DNA of 64,000 nt from an uncultured Bosea sp. (GCF_945957345.1 NZ_CAMFKW010000010.1:9231-73230); one strand, 5' to 3'; counted from the stretch's first letter, positions 1 to 9,475 are shown. Notes: a model not told the origin generated them from the letters alone. Numbers and translations are program-made.

Positions 1-1
1 C

Positions 2-463
2 CAGCTCGACCGCTTCCTGCTCGAGATCGATGTCGGTTATCCCGACCGCGAGGCCGAGCGCCGCATCCTGCTGGAGACGACCGGAGCCGCAGAATACAAG
101 CCCACGCAGGCGATGACCGCGGAGACGCTGATGTCGATCCAGCGCCTCGTCCGCCGCCTCCCCGTCGGCGAGGCCGTCGTCGATGCGATCCTCGACCTCG
201 TCCGCTCCGCCCGTCCCGGCGAGGGCGAGGCCTCGGTCACCGACAAGCTCTCCTGGGGCCCCGGCCCGCGCGCCAGCCAGTCGCTGACGCTGGCCGTGCG
301 CGCCCGCGCGCTCGTCGAGGGCCGGCTCGCTCCTTCCATCGACGATGTCGCGGCGCTTGCGATTCCCGTCTTGAAGCACCGCGTTGCCCTGACCTTCGCC
401 GCCCGCGCCGATGGTGAGACGGTCGAGGGGCTGATCGGCAAGCTCGTGGAACGGCTGGGATAG
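2..463 (+). CDS. MoxR-family AAA+ ATPase, C-terminal part (5' end lies outside the window)
   Basis: The frame is open from base 2 (QLDRFLLEIDVGYPDREAERRILLETT...SWGPGPRASQSL...ALAIPVLKHR). This is the MoxR C-terminal lid region, and it sits directly upstream of a DUF58 gene as in MoxR operons. Confidence 0.9.
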   Translation, partial: QLDRFLLEIDVGYPDREAERRILLETTGAAEYKPTQAMTAETLMSIQRLVRRLPVGEAVVDAILDLVRSARPGEGEASVTDKLSWGPGPRASQSLTLAVRARALVEGRLAPSIDDVAALAIPVLKHRVALTFAARADGETVEGLIGKLVERLG

Positions 464-467
464 GCCG

Positions 468-1385
468 ATGTTGCGCACGCGCGTTCTGGGTCCGGGCGAA
501 AGACGGCCATCACGGCCGGTCCTTACGGAGTCGCTCGACCTCGCCGCGCGCCTGCCGCGCCTGATCCTGGAGGCGCGGCGCGTTTCCGCCAGCATCCATG
601 GCATCCATGGCCGCCGCCGCTCCGGCCCGGGCGAGACCTTCTGGCAATACCGCCCGCTGGTCGCCGGCGAATCGGCCTCGCGCATCGATTGGCGCCGCTC
701 CGCCCGCGACGGCCATCTCTTCGTCCGCGAGCGCGAATGGGAAGCCTCGCATTCGATCTGGCTCTGGATCGACCGCTCGCCCTCGATGGGCTTCGCCTCC
801 TCGCTGGCCATGGCCTCGAAGCTCGACCGCGCGCTCGTCGCCGGTTTCGCCCTGGCCGAGACGATGGTCGAAGGCGGCGAGCGCGTCGGCCATCTCGGGC
901 TGACGCGGGCGCTGGCGTCGCGCCGCATCGTCGAGATGCTGGCGCAGGCGATCCTTGCGGATGAACGCAACGCCTCCTCCGACCTGCCGCCTGAAGCGCC
1001 GCTGCCCCGATTGGCGGAAGCGATCATCATCACCGACGGTCTCTCGCCCGCCACGGCGCTGACCCAGCGGATCGCGACGCTGGCCTCGTCGGGCGCGCGC
1101 GGCCATGTCCTGCTGATCGCCGATCCGATCGAGGAGACCTTCCCCTTCAGCGGCCAGGCTGAATTGTTCGATCTGGAGGATGGGCTGACCTTGCGCGTCG
1201 GCGATGCCGGCGCCTGGGGCGATGAGTATCGCCAGCGCCTCGCCGCCCATCGCGAGGCGATCACCGAAGCCTGTCGCAAGGCCGGCTGGACCCTGACGCT
1301 GCATCGCACTGACCGGCCGGCCAGCGAAGCGGTACTGCGCATCGCGAGTCTCGTCGCCGCCTCGCGCAGCGCCTCGGGCTTCTGA
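468..1385 (+). CDS. DUF58 domain protein (vWA-like MoxR partner)
   Basis: Motifs GxHGRRRSGPGETFWQYRPL..GE.ASRIDWRRSAR and LFVREREWE, plus WLWIDRSPSM (DxSxS). Lies 4 bp downstream of moxR. Confidence 0.9.
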   Translation: MLRTRVLGPGERRPSRPVLTESLDLAARLPRLILEARRVSASIHGIHGRRRSGPGETFWQYRPLVAGESASRIDWRRSARDGHLFVREREWEASHSIWLWIDRSPSMGFASSLAMASKLDRALVAGFALAETMVEGGERVGHLGLTRALASRRIVEMLAQAILADERNASSDLPPEAPLPRLAEAIIITDGLSPATALTQRIATLASSGARGHVLLIADPIEETFPFSGQAELFDLEDGLTLRVGDAGAWGDEYRQRLAAHREAITEACRKAGWTLTLHRTDRPASEAVLRIASLVAASRSASGF

Positions 1386-1396
1386 GGGGAACGCCG

Positions 1397-4225
1397 ATGT
1401 TGAGCGCCCTGCCCTTCAGCTTCTCCGCCCCGCTCGCCCTCGCGGCGCTCGCTTTGCTGCCGGCGCTCTGGCTGATCCTGCGCGTAACGCCGCCGCGCCC
1501 GCGCCGGATCGATTTCCCGCCGCTCAAGATCATGGCGGATCTGATCGCCAAGCGCGAGACGCCGGCCCATACGCCCTGGTGGCTGCTCGCCCTGCGCATG
1601 GCGGTGGCCGCGCTCGCGATCCTCGCCGTCGCCGGTCCGGTCTGGAACCCGGTTCGCGATGCCGAGCCCTCGCGCGGCCCCGTCCTGCTGCTGATCGACA
1701 ACGGCTTCGGCGCCGCGACCGACTGGTCGGAGCGCGTCGCGGTCGCCGAATCGCGCATCGCTGCAGCTACCCGCGAAGGCCGCCCGGTCGCCGTGCTCGG
1801 TCTCGCCGAAGCGCCGGCCGCGATCACACTCGCCGAGCCGCGCACCGCGCTCGACCGGTTGCGCGCGCTCGCCCTGCAACCGCATGCGCCGGACCGCGCC
1901 GCTCATCTCCAGCGTATCGAGGCCTTCCTGCAAAGCTCGCCCAGTGCCGAGATCGTCTGGGTCGCCGATGGGCTGGGCGTTTCCGACGATGGCAGCTTCC
2001 TCGCCCGGCTGAAGCAGGATGCGCAGGCCCGCCGCCTCGCTGTTCATGCCGATCCAGCCACGCAACTCGCCCTCTCCGCGCCCGAAAATCTCGCGGGCGC
2101 CCTGACCGTCAAGGTGCTGCGCCCGAGCGCCAGTGCGCCAGCGACGGGCCAGGTCCGCGCGCTCGATCTCAAGGGCCTGCCGCTCGGCAACGCGCCCTTC
2201 ATCTTCGAGGGCAGCGGCCTTGAAACCACCGCGCGCCTGACCTTGCCGATCGAGGTCCGCAACGCCGTCTCGCGGTTGGAGATCATCGGCGAGCGCAGCG
2301 CCGGCGCCGTGGCGCTGCTCGACGACAGCGCCAAGCGCCGCCGCGTCGGCCTGGTCTCAGGCGCAACCGCCGATACCGCGCAGCCCCTGCTGTCACCGAC
2401 CTATTACCTCTCCCGCGCCCTCCAGCCCTTCGCCGAAATCCGCGAGCCGCGCCAAGGCTCGACCGACCCGATCGGCGAAATGCTGGCGCAGAATCTCTCC
2501 GTGCTCGTCCTTGCCGATATTGGCGCGCTCGATCGCGAAACGGCCGATAAGGTCACGAGCTTCGTCGAGCGCGGCGGCGTGCTGCTGCGTTTCGCCGGCG
2601 CTCGTCTCGCCGCCGCATCCGACGACCTGACGCCGGTGCGTTTGCGCCGCGGCGGTCGCACGCTCGGCGGCGGCCTGTCCTGGGAGACGCCGCGCAAGCT
2701 CGCGCCCTTCACCCGCGAGAGCCCCTTCTTCGGCCTGGCCATCAGCGACGACATCCGCGTCAGCCGTCAGATCCTGGCCGAGCCGGAACCGAACCTCTCC
2801 CGCAAGACCTGGGCGGCGCTTGAGGACGGCACGCCCGTCGTCACCGCCGAGCGGCGCGGCGACGGCCTCGTCGCCATGGTCCATGTCACCGCCGACACCA
2901 CCTGGTCGAACCTTCCGCTCTCGGGCCTCTTCGTCGACATGCTCCGCAAGATCGTGAACCTCGCCGGCAACGGCCCCGCCGCGGCTGAAACCCAGGGCGA
3001 CGACAAGCGCGTCGAGACTCTCTCGCCGACCCGCGTGCTCGACGGTATCGGCCAGTTCCGCTCGGCGCCCGCGACCGCCCAGCCGGTGGCGCGCAACTAT
3101 GCCGGCCGCGCGACGCTTGCTCACCCGCCTGGCCTCTACGGCCCGACCGACGGCTCGCTCGCGGTCAACGCACTGACGCCGACCGACACGCTTGCCGCGC
3201 TCGACCTCGCGAGCCTCGGCGTCGCCGTCTTGCCGATCGACGAGCCGGTCGCGCGCGATATCCGCCCGCCGCTTCTCGTGCTCGCCCTGCTCCTGCTCGT
3301 CGCCGACACGCTGGCGACGCTCTGGCTCGGCGGACGCCTCAGCTTCGCCCGCCTGCGCAAGGCGGCCGCGCCCGCCGCGATCCTGCTCGCACTCGGAGCC
3401 TCATTCGCGCTGGCGCCCGATCATGCTCGCGCCCAGCAACCCGCGCCAACCCCGCAAGCCGACACCCGCCCGCCGATCCCGCGCGCCCTGCTCGCCAATG
3501 GCGCGCAGACGCGGCTCGCCTATGTCGTGACCGGCGACAAGGCGGTCGACGACATGTCCAAGGCCGGCCTCACGGGCCTCAACACGGTGCTCGGCGCCCG
3601 CACGGCGCTGGAGCCCGGCGAGCCTGTCGGCGTCAGCGTCGAGCGCGACGAGCTCGCCTTCTTCCCGGTTCTGTACTGGCCGATCGTCGCCGGCCGGCCT
3701 CTGCCTTCGGCCGAGACGTTGCGCAAGCTCGAAGCCTATATGAAGGGCGGCGGCCTCGTGATTTTCGACACCCGCGACGCGATGAGTGCCCGCCCCGGCG
3801 GCGGCACCACGCCCGAGGGCGACCAGCTCAAACGCATGCTGCAGACGCTCGACATCCCCGAGCTGGAGCCGCTGCCGCGCGACCACGTCCTGACCAAGAC
3901 CTTCTACATCCTCGACGAGCTTGTCGGCCGCTACGATACCGGTACGACCTGGGTCGAGACGCTGCCGCCGGCCGACAGCGACGGGCGCCGCCCGGCGCGC
4001 GCCGGAGATAACGTCTCGCCCATCGTCATCACCGCCAACGACCTCGCCTCCGCCTGGGCGATCGATCGGCGCGGCGAAGGGCTGGTGCCGCTTTCGGGCG
4101 GCGATCCACGCCAGCGCGAACTGGCCCTGCGCGGCGGCATCAATCTCGTGATGTATGCGCTCACCGGCAACTACAAGGCCGATCAGGTCCATGTCCCGGC
4201 CCTGCTCGAGCGGCTGGGACAATAG
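1397..4225 (+). CDS. Membrane protein with N-terminal BatA-like double-TM domain and C-terminal DUF4159 domain
   Basis: N-terminus LALAALALLPALWLILR.TPPRPRRIDFPPL...TPWWLLALR. C-terminus FFPVLYWP, GGLVIFDTRD, HVLTKTFYIL, LALRGGINLVMYALTGNYKADQVH. Confidence 0.85.
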   Translation: MLSALPFSFSAPLALAALALLPALWLILRVTPPRPRRIDFPPLKIMADLIAKRETPAHTPWWLLALRMAVAALAILAVAGPVWNPVRDAEPSRGPVLLLIDNGFGAATDWSERVAVAESRIAAATREGRPVAVLGLAEAPAAITLAEPRTALDRLRALALQPHAPDRAAHLQRIEAFLQSSPSAEIVWVADGLGVSDDGSFLARLKQDAQARRLAVHADPATQLALSAPENLAGALTVKVLRPSASAPATGQVRALDLKGLPLGNAPFIFEGSGLETTARLTLPIEVRNAVSRLEIIGERSAGAVALLDDSAKRRRVGLVSGATADTAQPLLSPTYYLSRALQPFAEIREPRQGSTDPIGEMLAQNLSVLVLADIGALDRETADKVTSFVERGGVLLRFAGARLAAASDDLTPVRLRRGGRTLGGGLSWETPRKLAPFTRESPFFGLAISDDIRVSRQILAEPEPNLSRKTWAALEDGTPVVTAERRGDGLVAMVHVTADTTWSNLPLSGLFVDMLRKIVNLAGNGPAAAETQGDDKRVETLSPTRVLDGIGQFRSAPATAQPVARNYAGRATLAHPPGLYGPTDGSLAVNALTPTDTLAALDLASLGVAVLPIDEPVARDIRPPLLVLALLLLVADTLATLWLGGRLSFARLRKAAAPAAILLALGASFALAPDHARAQQPAPTPQADTRPPIPRALLANGAQTRLAYVVTGDKAVDDMSKAGLTGLNTVLGARTALEPGEPVGVSVERDELAFFPVLYWPIVAGRPLPSAETLRKLEAYMKGGGLVIFDTRDAMSARPGGGTTPEGDQLKRMLQTLDIPELEPLPRDHVLTKTFYILDELVGRYDTGTTWVETLPPADSDGRRPARAGDNVSPIVITANDLASAWAIDRRGEGLVPLSGGDPRQRELALRGGINLVMYALTGNYKADQVHVPALLERLGQ

Positions 4226-4227
4226 CC

Positions 4228-6318
4228 ATGTGGAGCGTCTCACTCGCCCCGCTAGTGCCCTTGCCGCTGCTGATCGGCTTGGCCGTGCTCGCGGCGCTGG
4301 CTGCCGGTGCGGCCATCGTGCTGGCCGGCCGCAGCGCCATCCTGCGCGCGCTCGCGCTCGTCGTGCTGACGACGGCGCTGGCCGATCCCTCGCTCGTCTT
4401 CGAGGATCGCGAGCCGGTCAAGGACGTGGTCTCGGTGGTGGTCGATCGCTCGGCCTCGAACCGCCTCGCCGATCGCGCGGCCCAGACCGATGCCGCCGTC
4501 GCCGAGATCGAGCGGCAATTGCGCGGCATCCCCAATATCGAGCCCCGGATCGTCGACCTGCGGGACGCCCAAGGGACCAATGACGGCACCCGCCTGTTCG
4601 AAGCGCTGTCGAACAGCCTCGCCGACGTGCCCTCCGAGCGTGTCGCCGGCGCCATCGCGATCACCGACGGCCTCGCCCATGACGCGCCAGCCAATGCCGA
4701 GGCCCTCGGCCTGCGTGCGCCGCTGCATGTCCTGACCACCGGCCGCAATGCCGAGATCGACCGCCGCATCGTGCTGGTCGATTCGCCGCGCTTCGGCATC
4801 GTCGGCAAGGACCAGATCATCCGGCTGCGCGTCGTCGACAAGGGCGGCCCCGGCCGCGCTGGCCTCACGATCCGCCGCGATGGCGAGATCATTGCCCGCC
4901 GCGAAGTCGCGACCGGCCAGACCGTACAGGTTCCCGTTCGCATCGACCGGGGCGGGCCGAACGTGGTCGAGATAGAGGCCGCTCCGCTCAACAACGAATT
5001 GACGCTGGCGAACAATCGCGCCGTCATCACCATCGAAGGCGTCCGCGACAAACTTCGCGTGCTGCTGGTCTCGGGCGAGCCGCATCCGGGCGAGCGTACC
5101 TGGCGCAATCTCCTCAAGGCCGACGCCAATGTCGACCTCGTGCATTTCACCATCCTGCGCCCGCCGGAGAAGCAGGACGGCACGCCGATCAACGAGCTCT
5201 CGCTGATCGCCTTCCCGACGCGCGAGCTGTTCCAGGTCAAGATCAAGGAATTCGACCTGATCATCTTCGACCGCTACGCCAACCAGTCGATCCTGCCGCT
5301 GCTCTATTTCGAGAATATCGTCCGCTATGTCCGCGACGGCGGCGCGCTGCTCGTCGCGGCAGGGCCCGAATATGCGGGCTCCCAGACGCTGGCGCGCACG
5401 CCGCTCGGCCAGATCCTGCCGGCCCTGCCCGACGGCAGCGTCATCGACGAGGCCTATCGCGCCGAAGTCAGCGAACCCGGCAAGCGCCACCCCGTCACCC
5501 GCGACCTGCCGGGCTCGGAAGTCTCGCCCCCGCGCTGGGGCGAGTGGCTGCGCATGGTTGGCGCCCAGGCGCGGGCTGGCAGCGCGCCGGTCATGACTGG
5601 CCCGGGAGACCGCCCCTTGCTGATGCTGGCGCGCGAGCAGAAGGGCCGCGTCGCGCTCTTCCTCTCCGACCATGCCTGGCTCTGGGCTCGCGGCTTCCGC
5701 GATGGCGGCCCCTATCTCGACCTGCTGCGCCGCCTGAGCCACTGGCTGATGAAGGAGCCGGAGCTGGAGGAAGAGGCCCTGCGCGCCACCGTCCGCGGCG
5801 CGACCGTCGAGGTCGAGCGCCAGACGCTGCGCGACAACCCCTCGCCTGTCACCATCACCGGGCCGGACGGCCAGTCGCGGACAGTGACGCTCGAAGCCGG
5901 GCGCCCCGGCCTGTTCACGGCTCGGATCCCGACCAGCGAACTCGGTCTCTACCGGCTGACCGCCGACAATCTCACCGCCTTCGCCAGCGTCGGCCCCGAG
6001 AACCCGCGCGAACTGATGGAAGTGGTCAGCGACCCCACCGCGCTTCAGGCATTGGCACAGGCGACCGGCGGCTCTTCCCGGCGCATCGGCCGCGAGAGCA
6101 GCTCAGCCGTCAACGTGCCGCGCATCGTGCCGGTGCGCTCAGGCAGCCAGTTCGCCGGCAATGACTGGATCGGCCTCAGGATCAGCGATTCCGGCATCGT
6201 GCGCGGCGTGCGCATCTCGCCGCTCTTCATCGGGCTGATCGGCCTCGCCGTGCTGTTCGGCGCACTCGTCGCCGGTTGGCTCGGCGAGAGCGGCAGGCGC
6301 CTCAGGCGTCAGAGCTGA
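4228..6318 (+). CDS. Membrane protein with vWA-like and class I glutamine-amidotransferase-like (DUF1355-type) domains
   Basis: N-terminal TM segments; VVVDRSAS MIDAS-like motif; VLLVSGEPHPGERTWRNLLKAD and DLIIFD...GGALLVAAGP segment; C-terminal TM. Last gene of the MoxR operon. Confidence 0.75.
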   Translation: MWSVSLAPLVPLPLLIGLAVLAALAAGAAIVLAGRSAILRALALVVLTTALADPSLVFEDREPVKDVVSVVVDRSASNRLADRAAQTDAAVAEIERQLRGIPNIEPRIVDLRDAQGTNDGTRLFEALSNSLADVPSERVAGAIAITDGLAHDAPANAEALGLRAPLHVLTTGRNAEIDRRIVLVDSPRFGIVGKDQIIRLRVVDKGGPGRAGLTIRRDGEIIARREVATGQTVQVPVRIDRGGPNVVEIEAAPLNNELTLANNRAVITIEGVRDKLRVLLVSGEPHPGERTWRNLLKADANVDLVHFTILRPPEKQDGTPINELSLIAFPTRELFQVKIKEFDLIIFDRYANQSILPLLYFENIVRYVRDGGALLVAAGPEYAGSQTLARTPLGQILPALPDGSVIDEAYRAEVSEPGKRHPVTRDLPGSEVSPPRWGEWLRMVGAQARAGSAPVMTGPGDRPLLMLAREQKGRVALFLSDHAWLWARGFRDGGPYLDLLRRLSHWLMKEPELEEEALRATVRGATVEVERQTLRDNPSPVTITGPDGQSRTVTLEAGRPGLFTARIPTSELGLYRLTADNLTAFASVGPENPRELMEVVSDPTALQALAQATGGSSRRIGRESSSAVNVPRIVPVRSGSQFAGNDWIGLRISDSGIVRGVRISPLFIGLIGLAVLFGALVAGWLGESGRRLRRQS

Positions 6319-6817
6319 AGCGCATCGAGGTCACCGCCCCGCTGCGCTGCTTCAGCACGCCCTCGACCAACTCCAGCGCCAGGAAGCGCGCCGGATCGGC
6401 CGGCCCCGGCAGCACGAGTTGGCCGGGCGGCAGGACCTTGAAGCCGAAGCGAGCGTAATAGGGCGCGTCCCCGATCAGCATGATCAGGTCATGCCCGGTC
6501 TCGCGTGCCGCCTCAATCGAGCGGTTCATCAGCGCAGCGCCGATGCCCCGGCCTTCGAAGGCGGGATCGACGGTCAGCGGCCCTAGCATCAGCGCCTTGT
6601 GGCCGCCGGCCAGGACCGCCGTCACTTTCACGGAGCCGACGAGGAAGGTGCCGACATGGGCTGCGAAAGACAGGGCATGATCCGGCGGCACGCCCTCGCG
6701 CAGGCGGAAGGCGGTGCGGGCGAAGCGGCCGGGGCCGAAGGCGCGCTCATGCAGGCGCTCGATCGCGGCGGCGTCCACGGGGAGCTCGTGGCGGATGGTC
6801 AGAGGCAGGGATGTCAT
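6302..6817 (-). CDS. GNAT-family N-acetyltransferase
   Basis: LGPLTVDPAFEGRGIGAALM (acetyl-CoA motif A) and LIGDAPYYARFGF. Confidence 0.9.
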   Translation of the reverse strand: MTSLPLTIRHELPVDAAAIERLHERAFGPGRFARTAFRLREGVPPDHALSFAAHVGTFLVGSVKVTAVLAGGHKALMLGPLTVDPAFEGRGIGAALMNRSIEAARETGHDLIMLIGDAPYYARFGFKVLPPGQLVLPGPADPARFLALELVEGVLKQRSGAVTSMRFSSDA

Positions 6818-6895
6818 GATGATCGACGCTTAAGCGGGAGGCAGGTCGGCTGAGCGAGGGCAGGCGCGTGCGGGCGCACTACCGGGAGGGCGCAT

Positions 6896-6943
6896 TCAGC
6901 GCGCCGGTCGTCGCAGGTCTCGCAGGCTCAGCCGGATCATCAT
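6896..6943 (-). CDS. Candidate 15-aa leader peptide MMIRLSLRDLRRPAR upstream of the GNAT
   Basis: Read by hand: ATG ATG ATC CGG CTG AGC CTG CGA GAC CTG CGA CGA CCG GCG CGC TGA. GAGG lies upstream of the start. Three of five Arg codons are CGA. A 9-bp inverted repeat links 6847-6855 with 6926-6934. Confidence 0.4.
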   Translation of the reverse strand: MMIRLSLRDLRRPAR

Positions 6944-7161
6944 GAAAGCGCCTCTACAGCATCGGGCCGGAAAGGGAAATCCGCCTTTAGGAAAAATCTG
7001 ATGCGACGCAATAGGACTCCCGCGCGGTGTCCACCCATCTCGTATCGATCTCCTGGGGAGACTTGCCGGCCTTGCCGGATTGGTCTCAACTCCGGTCTAC
7101 AAGCGGGGGAACAGGTCACGCAAACCGGAGGCGATCTCGCTCTTCGGAACGGAGGAAGCCG

Positions 7162-8700
7162 ATGTCCCGATCGAAGCCGCTCGCCCCTGCCCTTCTTCTC
7201 GCGGCCCTGTGCCTGCCGGCGCTGGCCCAGCAGCCGGCCCCGCCGAAGGAGCCGGTTCGGGACGAGTTCTTCTGGCTCGGCGAGATGAACAAGGCGAGCA
7301 CCGTCATCAACGCCGAGCAGGGCCTGCTCGATCGGGAACTGGCGCCGAAGCTCGCGCAGGGCATCGCGAGGGTGATCGAGGCCGGCAATAAGCCCGGCGC
7401 CAAACGGCCCTCCACGGTCATCACCTTCGAGCCGCTGATGATCAAGGAAGCCGGCGTCGAGGTCACGCTGATCCATGCCGGCCGCTCCAGCCAGGACATG
7501 CACGCGACCTACCGCGCCGCGATCATGCGCGACCGGCTCCTGACCCTGGCCGACCGCCTCAACCAGGCAACGCGGACGATGGTCGAGCTCGCCGCGGCGC
7601 ATCGCGACACGGTCGTACCCAACTACACCAACGGCGTCGCCGCCCAGCCCAACAGCTACGGCCACTACCTTCTCGGCCTCGTTGCCGGGCTCGATCGCGA
7701 CGCCCAGCGCATCCGCGAGACCTATGCCCGCGTCGACCGCTCGCCGATGGGCACGACCGTGCTCAACGGCACGAGCTGGCCGCTCGATCGCCAGCGCATG
7801 GCGGATTATCTCGGCTTCGCCGCCCTCGTCGACAATGCCTACGACGCCTCGCAGATCGCGGCGGCCGACCTGCCGGTCGAAGTCAGTGGCATCGTCACCG
7901 GCATCGCGCTGCATGTCGGCGGCTTCATCGAGGACGTGATGACGCAATATGCCCAGGCGCGGCCCTGGATCCTGCTGCGCGAAGGCGGCGGCACGACCGG
8001 CAGCGGCAACACCTATGTCTCCAGCGCCATGCCGCAGAAGCGCAATCCCGGCCTGCTCAACGGCACACGCGAGGACGCCTCGACCGCGCTCTCGCTGGCA
8101 ATGGGCCCCGTGTTCAGGGCGCATAACATCCCGCCCGGCATGCCCGACGCCAAGGACGCCAAGACCAACAGCGCGATGGTCGACAGCGCGGCCAGGTCAC
8201 TGCAGGGACTGGATCGCATCCTGAAGGCACTCGCCATCGATCCCGAACGCGCGCTGGAAGAGCTCAATAGCGACTGGACGGCGTCGCAGGAGCTCGCCGA
8301 CGTGCTGATGCGGAAATACAAGCTGCCCTTCCGCGCCGGCCATCATTTCGCGTCGGAAGTCGTCGACTACGCCAAGCTCAACAATATCAAGCCGACCGAT
8401 TTCCCCTATGCGCAGGCGCAGGCGATCTATCGCAAGGCGGCGACGGAGCTGGGTCTGGCGGCGACGGAGCTGCCGATGAGCGAGGCCGAGTTCCGCTCGA
8501 CACTCGATCCCGTCGCGATCGTGAAGAACCGCGCCACCTCCGGCGGCCCGCAGCCGGCCGAGATGGACCGGATGCTGGCCGAAGCGAAGCAGCGCATCGA
8601 CCGGCAGGATGCCTGGATCAAGGACCGGCGCGCCAAGATCGCGGCGGGACTGGCCAAGCTCGACGCCGATTTCGCGACGCTGGCAAAAAGCGCGAACTGA
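7162..8700 (+). CDS. Argininosuccinate lyase/fumarase superfamily C-N lyase with N-terminal signal peptide
   Basis: SSAMPQKRNP signature, HAGRSSQD and VVPNYTNGVAAQP regions. GGAGGA RBS before ATG 7162. N-terminus MSRSKPLAPALLLAALCLPALA-QQ is Sec-like. Confidence 0.8.
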   Translation: MSRSKPLAPALLLAALCLPALAQQPAPPKEPVRDEFFWLGEMNKASTVINAEQGLLDRELAPKLAQGIARVIEAGNKPGAKRPSTVITFEPLMIKEAGVEVTLIHAGRSSQDMHATYRAAIMRDRLLTLADRLNQATRTMVELAAAHRDTVVPNYTNGVAAQPNSYGHYLLGLVAGLDRDAQRIRETYARVDRSPMGTTVLNGTSWPLDRQRMADYLGFAALVDNAYDASQIAAADLPVEVSGIVTGIALHVGGFIEDVMTQYAQARPWILLREGGGTTGSGNTYVSSAMPQKRNPGLLNGTREDASTALSLAMGPVFRAHNIPPGMPDAKDAKTNSAMVDSAARSLQGLDRILKALAIDPERALEELNSDWTASQELADVLMRKYKLPFRAGHHFASEVVDYAKLNNIKPTDFPYAQAQAIYRKAATELGLAATELPMSEAEFRSTLDPVAIVKNRATSGGPQPAEMDRMLAEAKQRIDRQDAWIKDRRAKIAAGLAKLDADFATLAKSAN

Positions 8701-8713
8701 GGGGCCGGGTGCC

Positions 8714-9223
8714 TCACCACTCCGCCGCAGGCGGCTGCCCGGAGAGGATCTCCGCCAGCCGCCGCCGCGTCGCCGGCGTCGTCCCTTCCGGCAGGCGATC
8801 GAGCGGAAAAAAGCCGGCTTCCGCGATTTCACGATCCGGCTGCTTGACATGGTCAACCCGGAACTGCCGCAGCACATAGACCGCGACATGGTCGCGCCGC
8901 GAAATCCTGCGATTGAAGAAGAGCCCGTGCAGGATCGGCCGTTCGGTCGGAGCGATGCCCGCCTCCTCCGACAATTCGCGCTCCAGCGACAATTCCGCCG
9001 TCTCGCCGACCTCGACCCCGCCGCCCGGAAAATGCCAGCCGGGCACATAGGTGTGGCGGATCAGGAAGACCTCGCCGCGCTCGTTCAGGACGACGGCGCG
9101 CACGCCAAAAGTCATGCCGCGCGCGAAGCGGAAATAGGCATGCAGCAGCCGGGTCACGAGACGCTGCGCGAGAGTCCGCGGCCTGTCCGGATCGGCATTC
9201 GGCTGAGGCGTCGCTGATTGCAT
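8714..9223 (-). CDS. NUDIX hydrolase
   Basis: Nudix box GGGVEVGETAELSLERELSEEAG. Start taken at ATG 9223; the ORF track uses GTG 9244. Confidence 0.9.
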   Translation of the reverse strand: MQSATPQPNADPDRPRTLAQRLVTRLLHAYFRFARGMTFGVRAVVLNERGEVFLIRHTYVPGWHFPGGGVEVGETAELSLERELSEEAGIAPTERPILHGLFFNRRISRRDHVAVYVLRQFRVDHVKQPDREIAEAGFFPLDRLPEGTTPATRRRLAEILSGQPPAAEW

Positions 9224-9255
9224 CCGATCGATTCTCAAGGGCACGTTAATTGTCT

Positions 9256-9270
9256 ATGCAAAAAACGCAT
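9256..9270. promoter_or_regulatory. LysR-type operator-like palindrome ATGC-N7-GCAT
   Basis: ATGCAAAAAACGCAT fits T-N11-A with dyad symmetry. It lies in the AT-rich divergent region between NUDIX and the small ORF. Confidence 0.35.
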
Positions 9271-9358
9271 GACGGACCGTCAAGCACCTCAATTGTTCTG
9301 CCACAAACGCGCCCCAAATGAGGCAGATATCGCACTGCAACATCAGGACCCCAAGACG

Positions 9359-9475
9359 ATGCTTCTCTCTTTCATCATCGCCCGCTTCAAGGCCAAGCCG
9401 GCCTATGTCTGGAAGCCCGCCGTCACGCTGACCGATTCCCGCATCGTGTCGGAACTGACCGGCGCCGCCAACTAA
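9359..9475 (+). CDS. Candidate 38-aa small protein MLLSFIIARFKAKPAYVWKPAVTLTDSRIVSELTGAAN
   Basis: AGGA upstream of ATG 9359; GC-rich third positions typical of this genome; followed by the hairpin AAGGTC-TTTG-GACCTT; fills an otherwise empty 325-bp gap. Confidence 0.5.
   Translation: MLLSFIIARFKAKPAYVWKPAVTLTDSRIVSELTGAAN

Noticed and set aside
7027-7161. Longer start for the lyase that would hide the signal peptide
   Set aside because: GGAGGA sits directly before ATG 7162, and the extension is low-quality Ser/Arg-rich sequence with a GTG start and no clear RBS.
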